Positions 32,916-45,000 of a DNA stretch of 64,000 nt are shown one piece after another. The notes under the pieces were generated by a model. It was given only the letters and a program-made list of their open reading frames with translations. It did not search any database and was not told the origin of the DNA. The DNA is taken from assembly GCA_963693365.1 (NCBI GenBank), contig CAVNZM010000017.1, positions 6,314,708 to 6,378,707 on the forward strand, written 5' to 3'. Each line of letters begins with the position of its first letter. The stretch's first letter is position 1. The DNA comes from Amoebidium appalachense. Lineage: Eukaryota; Protista; Ichthyosporea. The position numbers and the translations under genes are program-made.

Positions 32916-33530
32916 ATGGGTGTGTCATCGCGAGGCAGGAACGGAAACACGCGCGTCATCTACGTGCAAAACCAACCAAACAAGGCGTCAGAGGTGGCTA
33001 AGTGGGTGGGGGCTCTGGCAGGCGGTGCTGCCTTGGGGGCAGGGGGGTATTATGCGTGGAAACACAAGGGGGACATAGCAAGGGGGGTGGGTAACTACAT
33101 GTACAACAAGGCAGCAGATGCAGCCACCTACAGTGCAGAAAAGGCCGGGGAGGTGGGGGGGACAGCGTTCAAGGGGCTCAAAGGGGCCGCACGTGCCACA
33201 GGCGATGCCGCCCTGCAGGGCACACAGCATGTGGGTCAGGGGATCCAGAATGGCTCGTTCAGCGCGTGGAAGACACTGAGGAATGGCACAAGGGACGCGG
33301 GTAACTATATGCTACACACTGCACAGAATGCTGCGGGTTATGGTCCATACAACGCTGCAGGCAGTAGTGGTGGTGGGGGGAGTGTGCCCACGGGTACACG
33401 CCCGCACACAGGTGGTGGTTATGAGTGGAGAGGGGGCGGAGGGGGTGGTGCACAGGTGCTTGTGGGTGGCAAACCCTACGTCTGGCCACCGGCAAGGCCG
33501 CCACACGTCTCGGGTCGCAGAGCTAATTGA
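32916..33530 (+). CDS. Gly/Ala-rich protein with one hydrophobic segment
   Basis: CCACC-ATG; WVGALAGGAALGAGGYYAW followed by amphipathic repeats. Confidence 0.6.
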   Translation: MGVSSRGRNGNTRVIYVQNQPNKASEVAKWVGALAGGAALGAGGYYAWKHKGDIARGVGNYMYNKAADAATYSAEKAGEVGGTAFKGLKGAARATGDAALQGTQHVGQGIQNGSFSAWKTLRNGTRDAGNYMLHTAQNAAGYGPYNAAGSSGGGGSVPTGTRPHTGGGYEWRGGGGGGAQVLVGGKPYVWPPARPPHVSGRRAN

Positions 33531-33800
33531 AAACCCATATATGGTAAGTGCACACAGGAAACACCGTTGGCGGGCGGTGCGAGGAACCAATAAGGTTTGT
33601 TGACTTTCATTCCATTGGTAGCCTTCCTGCGCTTTGATTGGCCGCCTAGTGCAACGCGAGTCACCAAAGTTTGGAGCAATGGCAGCATGTGTGCCGGAGG
33701 GCACAAAAAACCACCTGCAAACGGTCCATTCTTCAAACATTTTTCCTTTATTCTAAGCCACTCTAGCCTGCCTTTTTTGCAAACAGCGAACTTTTTAAAC

Positions 33801-34922
33801 ATGAACCCTCTCTCTCCCCTACCCCCTCTTTGCAATGGCACAGCTGTTGCTCAGGCTGCTGCAGCATCCGCCCTTTCTGTACCTACACCCATGGTCACAT
33901 CCTTTGGCTATCCTTGTTTCAATGATCTACGCACCTTCTCCTGGGCCGACATAGATGTTTCCGCCCTTGTTCCTGACCCCTTCTACAAGCTCCACCGCAC
34001 GCTGGCTGAGGGGTATGCTGCACAGCCCGGTGTTGTGGAGAACTCGGCCTACCTCCATCCCGCCACGGTTGATGGCTTCTTCCAGGCTGGTTACAACCCA
34101 GGGGGGAAAGTCTACTTCCAGAAACGCTTCGCTGGTCACAACGATTTTGTTGGGATGTGGCTGCCTGAGGCACTGTTGCGTGACAACGTACGTGGGTTGG
34201 CAGACCTGGCAGACTTGCACACCGATTCGATTAAGCTAACACTCGCGTGCCGCAACGCCCTCATGCTCAAGGGGGTGGCGGTTGCTGTGGTAGACCTCCT
34301 CCTGCCACTGTTCAACGAGCACGACAGGTCTATCAGGTACAAGGCCGAGACAGATCCTCAGCTGGTTGGCGACTACATCCACAGGTACATGCACCAGGTA
34401 GAGGACGGCTGGCAGCCCATTGCCGCTATGTGCAAGTCAGGGACTGTGTCTCCCTACCGTGAGGACGAGCTTGTGCACCTCCTGGCCCATGTTCTTGTAG
34501 GATTCCTGCAGGCCATGGTGGCCACTGCCAAGGCTGCCAAGTTAAAGTCCACACCCATCTTCAAAGGGGTTCCCCTGGATATCCTGCATGAAATGCAGGC
34601 CCTGCTGCGCACTATTGCAGAGGAGCGTGCGTGTGGTTTAGGTGAAAAGATTCACTTTGCAGGGTTGATCAAGAAAAACATTGCCAAGGAGGCCCCGTCA
34701 CGGCGCAAGTCTGTCCCGGAGCTTGCCCCAGATCACAAGGAGAACCGTGCCCCCCTCTACACCATCTGCAGCAGCTGCAACAGAAACATCACCTACAACA
34801 ACAACAACAACAAGATGGCCCACGGTGCTCGCTACTTCTACGGTGGGGTCCAGGTGTCTAAGCCCCGTACTTCTTCCCTCCTCAAGACTGTGAACAGCGA
34901 CGTCATCTACCTAAGTGGTTAG
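33801..34922 (+). CDS. Hypothetical viral protein (about 373 aa)
   Basis: Long ORF with AAAC-ATG at 33801; no motif recognised. Confidence 0.7.
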   Translation: MNPLSPLPPLCNGTAVAQAAAASALSVPTPMVTSFGYPCFNDLRTFSWADIDVSALVPDPFYKLHRTLAEGYAAQPGVVENSAYLHPATVDGFFQAGYNPGGKVYFQKRFAGHNDFVGMWLPEALLRDNVRGLADLADLHTDSIKLTLACRNALMLKGVAVAVVDLLLPLFNEHDRSIRYKAETDPQLVGDYIHRYMHQVEDGWQPIAAMCKSGTVSPYREDELVHLLAHVLVGFLQAMVATAKAAKLKSTPIFKGVPLDILHEMQALLRTIAEERACGLGEKIHFAGLIKKNIAKEAPSRRKSVPELAPDHKENRAPLYTICSSCNRNITYNNNNNKMAHGARYFYGGVQVSKPRTSSLLKTVNSDVIYLSG

Positions 34923-35245
34923 GTTAGGGGTGACCGTGCAGGGCTGTGCCCTATACTTGCACGTTTTATACGTTTTTTACCCTCTCAGCTCGTCCATGAC
35001 CATAGACACGTTTTTTTGTGAAGACAATGGGCAGAGCCCTTTATTTCCACGTTTTTTCTTTTTTACAAAGACAATCGACGGCAAAAATAAACTTTTATTT
35101 TTACGAAAAACAAGCTGAGTACAAACCCAAGACTACTGCGGTGCATTGCACACGTGTGCCTGCACGTGTGTGTGCCTAAGAAGACAACGATTTAAGTGTG
35201 CATGTGCATGTGTGCATGTGTGTGTGTGTGTGTGTGTGTGTGTGC

Positions 35246-36289
35246 TTACTCCCCATCTTTAAGCATTAATTTCTGCAGTGTGATGGGTTGGCGCTCGGTG
35301 GGTGCGTTGGGGCTTTCGGGTGGGGCTGCCAGTATAAGGGTCCACACCGACACATACTCCGTCTTTCTCATCACAGAATTCTGGAATTTGGGGCGTTTTT
35401 TAGCATACCATGTGCTCTTGCTGACTCTCTCGTAAACCACACTAAACAGCTGAGGTATGCCGATGCATTCGTTCAGCAGGTCCATAATGTCACGGGGGTA
35501 GGCAACGTGTCCATGGGTAAGTAGCTCGAGGGCATCCATGACCTTCTCGACCGTCTCTCTACCCAATTCCACCTGTTTCTCCTGTCTGGATGCCGGGTAG
35601 AAGTCGTACATGGGTATGACGGGGGCAAACCACTCTCCATTGATAAACTTTTTGTACTTGCATGCTGCTCCCCAAATATCCATGGTGTCGGTGTAGGTGT
35701 CGATGACGTGTTGGTGTAGCATCAAATCTAACTTCCCGGCCCGTTCGAGTATGTTGACCACCCCCTGCATGAAATCGAAGCACTTGCGGGTGAAAGTGAA
35801 CGTGTCGTCACGGTCTTTAAAGATCGACTCGGCCTCGCCATAACCATCATCCATACCGGTGTCATACACAGGCACAGCGATGCCGACCGACCACACCCCG
35901 TCCTTGCAGTCCCACTTAAACACGTCCGTATGAAAAACCTCGTTTAGAACCCCCGGTAGGGCCTCCTTCTGCGAGAATGACCATGACACAACGCCAATCT
36001 GTATGGCACTAATCAGACGCTCACGTTCCAGAATCTCGTCCTTCTCTGCAACGTTTGCCTCGATAAGTGTCTCCTCAGCCTCTGCCCAGTTATGATAGCA
36101 CTCCACCAGGTTGGGACAACGTGGGCGCTGGGCCCAATCACCCTTTGTGATGTACTGAATGTACTCGTATGCTGCGTTGAAAACAGCCACGTACGCAACA
36201 CAAAAGAGGTTCAAAAATTGGTCAAACTTGGTTGGGCTTTTTGCCTTTCTCATGAAACGAGAAGTGGGTTGTCTACGACGAGGAGGCAT
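35246..36289 (-). CDS. Hypothetical viral protein (347 aa)
   Basis: Long ORF with a basic N-terminus; no motif recognised. Confidence 0.7.
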   Translation of the reverse strand: MPPRRRQPTSRFMRKAKSPTKFDQFLNLFCVAYVAVFNAAYEYIQYITKGDWAQRPRCPNLVECYHNWAEAEETLIEANVAEKDEILERERLISAIQIGVVSWSFSQKEALPGVLNEVFHTDVFKWDCKDGVWSVGIAVPVYDTGMDDGYGEAESIFKDRDDTFTFTRKCFDFMQGVVNILERAGKLDLMLHQHVIDTYTDTMDIWGAACKYKKFINGEWFAPVIPMYDFYPASRQEKQVELGRETVEKVMDALELLTHGHVAYPRDIMDLLNECIGIPQLFSVVYERVSKSTWYAKKRPKFQNSVMRKTEYVSVWTLILAAPPESPNAPTERQPITLQKLMLKDGE

Positions 36290-36309
36290 GATTGCTTTCT
36301 GACCCTAAG

Positions 36310-36369
<60 letters not shown>

Positions 36370-36471
36370 TTTGTCTAAGTAACAAAAAACTTTAAAAGAC
36401 TTTTTTCTACGAAAAGAGATGATTGAAAAGGATTTTCAAGTTTTTTCACAAAACTAACGAAAGGAAACGAG

Positions 36472-36522
<51 letters not shown>

Positions 36523-36845
36523 TTTGTCTACTACGGTAACAAAAACTTTAAAAGACTTTTTTCTACGAAAAGAGATGATTGAAAAGGATTTTCAAGTTTT
36601 TTTTGAGAAAGACAGGGAAAGAGAAGAAAAAACGACATGCTGGGCATTCCTGGAGATAAATTCGCAAAATTTCATCGGCTCATACTTGCGCAAGTCTTTG
36701 ACACTCCCTCTCATTGCGCCACAAGTCAAGTCGGTCACGTAGCTCACAGTGTTCGTTTTTCCCCAAAAACACAAGTTTTTTTGACCGTTTATTTCGTGGC
36801 AATCACCCGCAGACAAATATGTTCTCAATATACAGTCGTGTGTCA

Positions 36846-37760
36846 TTACATTCTGAGCATTTTGGCATCGTCATTACCGGGCATGGGCGTGCCTGCACGC
36901 TTAGCCTGCCCCAAGTCTACCTCACCCCCCTCCCCCTCGCCCCCCTCACCACCAACCAACTCCATCAGGCCATCTAAGTCAAACACCTGAACCTTGCGGG
37001 CAACGAGCTTGGTACGCACAGTGTTGTTCTTCTTGTTGTAGATGACGCTGGTGGCAGCTGCAGACACCCAGGCAGTCACCTCACGGCACTTGGCACGTTG
37101 GGAGTTCATAAACTCCACAAACTCGTCGATGGAGGCAGCGTTGTTGCCCAGCTTGAAGAGGCAGGGGTTGCGGCCAAGGGGGTTGGGGAGCTCCAACGTC
37201 ACGTTGAAGTAGGTGCCACCCAGTGCCTCCACCATGTCCTCCTTGCCGACGGGGTCGGCACCCAGCACATCGTACAGGCTGGGGGTGTGCCTGGACCACA
37301 GGTTGCTGCTGGTCTTGACAGGCACGGTGTCCACGTCCACCCCCTTGAGCATCTCGTGGTCCTTGTGCATCCACAACACGTCCCTGGCCATGCTGCACAC
37401 GTAGGGCCACAGGTCAACGGCGTAGGCCACCTCAAAGGGCTCAGGGCGGCGTTGCGACTTGACCCTAATGGTGGGCTTGGCATCCCAGGCAACCGTGCTG
37501 GGGACCAACTCGATGAGCATCTGCCCGTTGATGTTGATGTTGGGCAGGTTGTACAGCTGCACGGCCAACACGTCGTTCATCACCCAGGGTGCGCCCATGG
37601 TGGCCTTGCCCACACCGTTGAGGAACACCTCCTTGTACTGCACCATCTTGGGCCCCTCACTGTTGTTGGTGTTTTCTTTGCCACTGCTTGCCGCGGCGAT
37701 GCTGGTCCTTTTGACGGTGGACAGACCAGTCGTTTGACGCAGCAGGGTTGGCTTGACCAT
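36846..37760 (-). CDS. Hypothetical protein, possibly an OB-fold ssDNA-binding protein
   Basis: 304-aa ORF; C-terminal beta pattern VIYNKKNNTVRTKLVARKVQVFDL plus an acidic Gly/Glu tail; reads inward from the right TIR. The function is a guess. Confidence 0.55.
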   Translation of the reverse strand: MVKPTLLRQTTGLSTVKRTSIAAASSGKENTNNSEGPKMVQYKEVFLNGVGKATMGAPWVMNDVLAVQLYNLPNININGQMLIELVPSTVAWDAKPTIRVKSQRRPEPFEVAYAVDLWPYVCSMARDVLWMHKDHEMLKGVDVDTVPVKTSSNLWSRHTPSLYDVLGADPVGKEDMVEALGGTYFNVTLELPNPLGRNPCLFKLGNNAASIDEFVEFMNSQRAKCREVTAWVSAAATSVIYNKKNNTVRTKLVARKVQVFDLDGLMELVGGEGGEGEGGEVDLGQAKRAGTPMPGNDDAKMLRM

Positions 37761-37978
37761 TTTGCTGTTGTTTGGGGGGTGTGGTGAACGTGACTGTGGT
37801 GTGCACCTCAACTGTGTACGTATGGCTCATGTTTGCTTGGTGTGATGTTGCCTGTGTGCGGATGCTTATGTACACAGCGGCGACATGCTGGGTGCGCTTG
37901 TGGCCAATGAGGACCGAAATCCTTAATCTCTGTGTCCTTATTGGCCGCCTAAACCAAAATGTGCCAACCTGAACTCCG

Positions 37979-38438
37979 ATTGGCCGCCTTGTGCGGTAAC
38001 TGGCTTTTTGGAACTGAATTATCATTGGCCGCCTTGTGCATCCGCATTACTATTGGCCGCCTTGTACAAGGAATTCGGAATTCGAATTCTCATTGGCCGC
38101 CTTGTGCACACCGTCGCATTCCTTTGATCTCAGAACTGTGTACGTGTCGCATGTGCGCGTGCGTGCACGCGCACACATGACACGTTTTCCCTTTAATATT
38201 TTAATTAAATCCACGTGCTCTGCACGTGTTTATGCACACACACACAGTGTGTGCACGTGCTCCTGTACATATCCATACCCATATCCATATCCTAATCACA
38301 ATATACACCCATATCATACTGCATATCGCCATATCCCATATGCATATCTGCCATATCCTAAGGGGTGCGCCACCCTGCGTTAGTGACGTCACACTTTGTG
38401 ACGTCACTAACGTGGGGTGCCGCGCCCCTTAATGTAGT
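37979..38438 (-). repeat. Right terminal inverted repeat (460 bp)
   Basis: Reverse complement of 9023-9482. Confidence 0.95.
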
Positions 38439-40881
38439 TCTATGAGCACTTCTTCATTTGCCAAAACGTAAATTCATGCAGCATTCTTCTGTGATTTCAT
38501 TTTCGTGGCGAAGATTGTTGCAGAGTGTGCGTGCGGATTGTTCGCTTCGTCTCTGTGCTTGGTCTTTTCTGTAGAAGTAATATTTTCCTTTTTGGGGAAT
38601 TTTTCCTTTTTAGGACACTCCCGCAGATTCGTTTTCAATTGCGAGTAATTTAGTTGTGTGGATGAATGATCATACCAAACATTCGATAATGAATATAACT
38701 CAAGCCTTAGGTCACTTCGTAGCTCAGGTAGTGGTGGATAGCTTCAAGGCTTAGCCACTGCTCCTTATCCCGGTTCTACCTTAAGACTGTAAGGCGAGTC
38801 ACCATGGCCGGAAAAGCCACTTCTTTCATGAACAAAGAGCACTTCTTTCCTTTCAGCTTTAACCCTGCATCATCGGAGCCGGGAATAACATGAATAAGAA
38901 TGCCCTAAGTGTTCTTCGTTGGGCGACATAAAGAAATATATCAGCCCATCAGAACCATTAAAAACCCGGTTCATAATTCATAAGAAGAGGGTAGGCAGAG
39001 CAAGTCTTCTTCAGAAAACACATGCTTCCATTCGTGAGCAGTTTTCGTATCCCATTTGCCAGCCATTTCCGTTGAGCAGGGGGATTCCAGGTATAATACA
39101 TTCTTCTGGAGGCTTGGCCTAAAAAGAAAAGTCGTCACAGTCGCCCTTTCTTTTGTAAGCAACTTCGTGAGCGCGCTTCGTGTTTTCATATCCTCCAGTG
39201 CAGGTCTGGATGGTGCCCCATCCTCTGCTTCATTTGTAGGTGGCCCTACTGTAGGTTCTGTTCGTTATGTGGAATACCAAAACCATTCGTATTCGTGGAA
39301 CTGCTTTGTGCTGTGCTTTCTTTCGTGTTGGTGTTCATGAAGTTACCCCGTTCACACACCCTACTTCTTACATACATTAGATGTAAGTAGCTGCCTGGTG
39401 AGTGTGTGGTTCGTGTTCGTGGCATTCTTCTGTTCCTTCGTGAGAAGAATATTCGTTTTAGCAGAGGTGCCCAATAAGGCAGCTTGTGGGGTTGTCTCCC
39501 GCATGTGCCCCGGGCCATTGGTGGGGTATGCACGTGCTAAATTGTTACAGTGTCATCATATTGCAAGGGAATAACATGGTCACCTCCGTACCAGGGCCTA
39601 GGTACACATGATGGTCCGATGTGTTAGTCAACAACACCTTGCATTCGTATTCGTATTCGTCTTCCACGTCACTTTCTTCAGTAGTGAAGGAGGGTATTCG
39701 TAATTCGAAACTGAAAGGCTTCCAGCCAAAACTGACACTGTATGATGGGGTTGTGAGGGAGCGGTGCCCATACCACATTCTTTTGTTCTGGTGGGGGTGT
39801 GCCGGCAGCTAGTGCAAGGCTTGACAGTGTAATTGGTATGTTACACAGTATTGCCACAGACGGGCATTCACCTTAAAATTCGTACCCAACACCTTCTTTG
39901 TTTTTCACATGCATGAACAAAAGTTCTGCATCGACTTTATTACATGCCTTTTGTGCACCAAGAGTGCAAATTCGTTAGGGCGTGGCACCAGGAAGGGCCG
40001 CCATACATGAGTCAGGCATATGTTCGTAATGTGTTTAGGCATGCCAGCATACATTCATGCGCATGTGCATCCTGTGCGCTAAACTATGGGGCATGCTGTA
40101 TTCGAGAACAGCAAGGGATTCGAAGCATGCATGCAACACTACTTTCATAAGATCTTAGGTCCTACATGCTATAGCAACAGCGACTATCTTCTTCGTTAAG
40201 TGCATTTGTGCTGAAAGTGGCCGTGCATCTGGGTTGCGAGTGTGGACGTGCACGTGGTGGCATGGACACGATGACAGTGTGCAATAGCGCAATGCACGCA
40301 AGGGCAACGGTTTTCTTTTCTTCGTAACATAGAGGGGGCCGTGTGCATTGCAACCTAAGCAGTGTTGTGCATTCGTTCTTTTCATTTTCGTGTTTCCATT
40401 TCATTTTGCTTTCGTTTTTCGTTTTTTGTCGTTTGATAACTTCGTTACTTTGTTTTGTTTTGTGTTGCATTCATTTCGTATTTCCTCTATGCATTCGCTT
40501 GTCGTTAATTCTTTATTTCATTGCGTATTCGTGATGGTTCGTTTTTCGTTGGTTCATTGCTTCGTTAGCAATTCTTTATTCGTTTGTTCGTGTATTCGTT
40601 GTTTCGTTGTGTGTTCGTTTTTCTTCACATTTTTGATGTGTCGTAGCAAAAGAAGTTTTACATGCTTTCAATTCTTTCCGTGTAGGTGGGCTGGCCACTT
40701 CAAACTTGTCGGTGTATATATTCTAAGCCGGACAAGGAAAGATGTGCCTATCATCGGGGTAAAAAGGATTGTGATCGGCCATGGGAGATTCTTAAGCTGA
40801 TTGAAAGATGTGAGATTCTTGAACTGATTGAAAGATGTGAGATTCGAAGGATGCGAGATTCTTGAACTGCGCGGTCGCCAA

Positions 40882-41361
40882 TGTAAACAGTTGAACTAGT
40901 TGGGATAAGGCAGAGAACAACTGAATCAGAATAAAGACAGAGAACGGGTAGAAAGGCACACGCGGCCAAGTTGCTTTTACTATGGGCCGACTCAGTCTGT
41001 CTCAGACTTCACTGATGTGATCCCCGTACTGGGACGGCTTTGTTATATAGCCCCCAGGTTTCGGATCAAGGCCCAGGATTGGTTCATCCGCGGCCAGCGC
41101 GGGTGGCAACATGCCATTCGTGATTCTGGTGCGGTCCGAGCCAGTCAGACCTTCGTCCTATTTATGCAAACCTCTTATTGGTTCACTTCGTTTATGTGGT
41201 ATGCAGCGGAAGAACCATATATGGTTCAATTCTTAGGTCAGAGTGAGTCCTATTGGTGCGGACATAATATTTATGTGATATTCATGACAAAGCACGAATC
41301 GTGTGCTAGTAGATCACATTCTTTAGTAAACATGTACAGTTCATGTGTACAGTTGTTTACA
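40882..41361 (-). repeat. 5' LTR (480 bp)
   Basis: Appears identical to 8394-8873; followed on the minus strand by the PBS. Confidence 0.92.
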
Positions 41362-42064
41362 CCACCCCCCCGGGGTCTCCCAAGTTCATACCCACAACGA
41401 ATCCTAAGGTGTACCGCACTACGGTGGACGCCAAGACTGTGTACGTGTCCGAGAAAGTCAAAATGTATGCCGAGTCGGTGGCCCAGACCCACGGGGCTAC
41501 CCAGGCTTTGGCAGCCCTTGCCGCAGCGTCAGCACTGCACCCAACCCGCCGCCCTCGGGTGGCGTCTGACCCTGCCCCTCAGGGTACCGACGAGTCCGAG
41601 TTGACCACTGCAGCCTTCACCATGGTGCCGGCCAACATCAGCACCATGCGTGACCGTCTTTACACCCTCGGTGTCCTCAGCCGAATGATTCCCGACATGC
41701 TCTTCATTGGCCGTCGCTACACAGTGTTCATTGTGCGTGCCGGCTACCGTGATACCCTCATAAACATCATCCAACGTGCTACCGACGCCACCTTTCTCGC
41801 AGACTTCGATCCTACGGCTCCCTACAACACCACACTTAACCGTGCTGATGCAGAGGCCGCTGCCCGGGCCTCTTGGCAACGCCGGGTGCTTGCAAGAATG
41901 GCCAACGCCCACGCATGGGCTGTCAAGGCAGCCACACTTTACCCGGCACACGACAGCCGGGCCAAAACAGCAGCTGAGGTGCGTGCCTACTGGGAGGCTC
42001 AGCACGTGCAGGTCTTCAGCAAGCCCTACGACCCCACCGCCGCACCAGCCAACTCCCAGTAAGC

Positions 42065-45000
42065 ATGCTCTCCTTTCTTTTCTGGAATGCTCGTAGTCTA
42101 AATAAGAGTAAAGCACAGTTTCTTCTTTCGTTACCCCAACAGGAGTTCCCGTTTATTGTTGTCGCAGAAACGTGGTGGCGAGACCACGCCACACTTCGTC
42201 GGTCTGGACGGCTCGTGGGCGAGTCTACTCAGCCTGTGGGCCACAAGCCTCACTCCGGCATAGTGTTCATCGCCGCCTACCACTTTGTTAACCACTGTTC
42301 AGTTATAGCACGTACAATACACACACTCACCATCTCAGTTTGTGGCCATATATGCACTTTTGTTTATTTTCCACCTAGCCTTCCACTGCTAGCACTTAAA
42401 CACGAACTTAACACCATCGCCCCACATAACCCCACACTAGTGTTAGGAGACTTTAATAGCCCGCTAATTACCACCCCACACCCCCTACACGGCCACCCAC
42501 AGGCCCTACTTAAACCCAACCACCCACGCACGCCAACCTTTCACACTTTTGTTACAGCCTTACGCCTTACTCTTCCATCTGTAGTACAAGAACACCGCAC
42601 GGACTGGGGGGCAGCCTCTGGTCCTTGCACCTTACACATACACCACAACCTACACCCCCCACCGTCAGACCACCTACCTATAGTCTTTCGCACTACACTT
42701 AGCCTTTCTACGCCGTCACCACAACACACTTACAGACTTAACGTACGCGAACTTATTGAAGCCAGCGCGGCCAAGCAGACACTCGCTTCTTTTTCCAGAC
42801 GGTGCAACCGAGTCTATTATCGCTTGTGCGTGATGGACGCCAAACCCCACTACGCACCGACCAGACCTTCATCGATAGCGTCTGGTCTACAGTACGAGAA
42901 ACCTTGTGGGACATAGGTGAATATGCCTGTTTAGGTGCCCAAGTTTACCCACAAGCACGAAATACACACACTCGCGGCCCTCGAGCGGAGGCTGCCTTAC
43001 GTAAGCCTCTACCGTATCACATGCTATTGGGTAATATTCGGAAGATTGATCGCGGCGATCATTCGATTCGAATAACGGCCGACCCGTCTGCATCCGACCC
43101 GGAATCTGCAACCGATTCCTTTTACGGCACCCTGTTTAAACGTAACCCGACATGTATGGCCACGGACCTGGGGCAGGCGCCCCCTCCTGTTTTTGTTCCA
43201 CCCTCCGACACACCACCACCACCACACACGGCGTGGCCAGCGGGGCCGGCTGAGTTTGGGGCTGAATTGGGGGAACTTTTTACCCCAGATGCGGTATGGC
43301 AGTTAGTCTCCCGTTACCCGTCCCGCAAAGCGTGCGGGCCGGACGGCATCCCTATGGCACTAGTAAAGGTACTCATCCCACCCCGACCCGAGAAAGACGA
43401 AAAGCGTGGCCCGCCGCCACCACTTACATGTATTCTTAGCGAGTTGTTTAGCTGGTATTCTGATGTCGGTAAAGTGCCCTCGGAGTGGCTAGCCACCTTA
43501 GTGTTTCCCATCAAGAAAACGGTTGCACAGGGTCCCATCCACGAATTTCGCCCTATCACCCTTACGTCCGTTTTTCGCCGATTATTCGAAAATGGCCTTT
43601 TACAGGCCTTTTCCCGTAACCCCACCCTTAAGCAGGCTTCCCAGCTGAGCCCTCTTCAGGCGGCGTTTCGGCATCGACACTCATGTTACGCAAAAATCCT
43701 CACTCTACATAATGCAACTCAAAGTGATACCGAGCACCTCGTATTTATCGATTTTAAGAACGCGTACGACACGGTCGACCTCCCTCGCCTGTGGGCCAAG
43801 TTGGCCACTCGCGGTGTCCCATTCCAAATGGGTCGGCTACTGGAAGCTATGTTTACGTTTACACGCGGACGAGCGGTGGTTAATGGGCGGCTATCCCCAG
43901 GGTTTACCCGCACGCGCGGGGTACTTCAAGGGTCCCTGCTAAGTCCTCTTCTTTTCAACCTGTATATTGATGATTTAGCCGACACTCTTTCTGCGGCACA
44001 AATTGACGGGGGGTTGCCATCCCAGGCTCCCCCCGCCCTCTTTTTTGCCGACGATATTGTGCTTATGTCATCCGATCCTCTCGAACTACGGCAATACATT
44101 CGTGTGGTTGAACATTGGTGCCAGCGCAACGATATGCAGATTAATGTCAAAAAGTGTGCCCTTTTATCAAAATCGATACCGGCATGGGACGACGTTTGTA
44201 TTTTCGGCAGTCCCCTCCCTCGCCCAATCGAATACAAGTATTTGGGGATTCCGGTGGACGAATGGGGCATATGTTTCAAACGGATGATCGACCGTCGGGT
44301 GGAGAGTGCAGGCAGGTGTCTTCGGTTATTTCGGGATGTGTATCTTGCTACTCTTTCTCATACTGTCCACCTATACAATCGTCTTAGTATATTTCGCACA
44401 TATATTCGCCCTTTGTCGGAATACGGGTTGCCCTTACTAGCTATGGCACCCCCTGATACTGTTACTAATGTGCTCAAATCATTAGATGATTTCCATTACA
44501 CAACTTGTTGTATGTTTCTCACTGGTCTTTCCACACCTATCCCTAGACGCCTTTTTGATTCTCTCTACGCACTCACACCACCATCACAACGCGTACACGA
44601 ATTAGCCCTTAAATTTCACGAGCACATCACCCGCCTGTCCGCTTGTGCCCCGGACCACCCGCTCTTCCGGCTACACGCATCCCCGCCGGATTCGCCCCTC
44701 TACCTCTTCCCTTCCCCATCGTCTCTGCCTATTGCCGAGCGCTATGTGGAATGGCTGGCGACCCCCCCGGAGGTACGGCTAGATCATAGTGTGAATATGA
44801 ATAGTTTCAAGTCTATGGCTGATAGATATCTTTTTACTCTACGTGTTGAGTCCCTTCCGGTGTTAGGACCGCAAAAACACCAACTGCTAGTAGCCTATAT
44901 GGCGGATACGGTTAGAGAGTCTCGTTCATACATAGATTCGTTTATTCGTAATGTGGTGTGGTGTAAAAACGCAAAGATGATTATGGCTTGGCGGTGTAAT

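Larger units (their letters stand above)
9023..38438. mobile_element. Complete endogenous Polinton/Maverick-like (Polinton-like virus/adintovirus-type) element, 29,416 bp
   Basis: Termini ACTACATTAAGGGG...CCCCTTAATGTAGT are exact inverted repeats; TCTAT is duplicated at 9018-9022 and 38439-38443; pPolB, ATPase, MCP, mCP and integrase genes lie inside. Confidence 0.96.
8394..41361 (-). mobile_element. Non-autonomous LTR retrotransposon, interrupted by the Polinton
   Basis: 480-bp direct LTRs TGTAAACA...TGTTTACA; CCACC TSD at 8389-8393 and 41362-41366; PBS-like TGGCGACC (minus strand, starting at 40880); PPT AAGGGGGGAG (minus strand, 8874-8883); about 2.6 kb of internal sequence with no long ORF. 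Confidence 0.9.
5914..42062 (+). pseudogene. LINE B ORF1 split in three (5914-6240, 8271-8393, 41367-42062; 381 aa rejoined)
   Basis: Removing each insertion plus one TSD copy gives in-frame ...KQDHTD|LLVQQMETRLRQLE...DGLPT|PPGSPKF..., with a coiled-coil N-terminal half. Confidence 0.82.

Noticed and set aside
38444-40881. Autonomous gag-pol in the LTR element
   Set aside because: Only short broken ORFs, with a faint gypsy-like remnant near 39545-39778; no RT or integrase motifs.
8394-41361. 480-bp direct repeats flanking the virus as part of the viral element
   Set aside because: They have TG...CA ends, PBS, PPT and their own TSD. The virus has separate TIRs and a TSD inside them.
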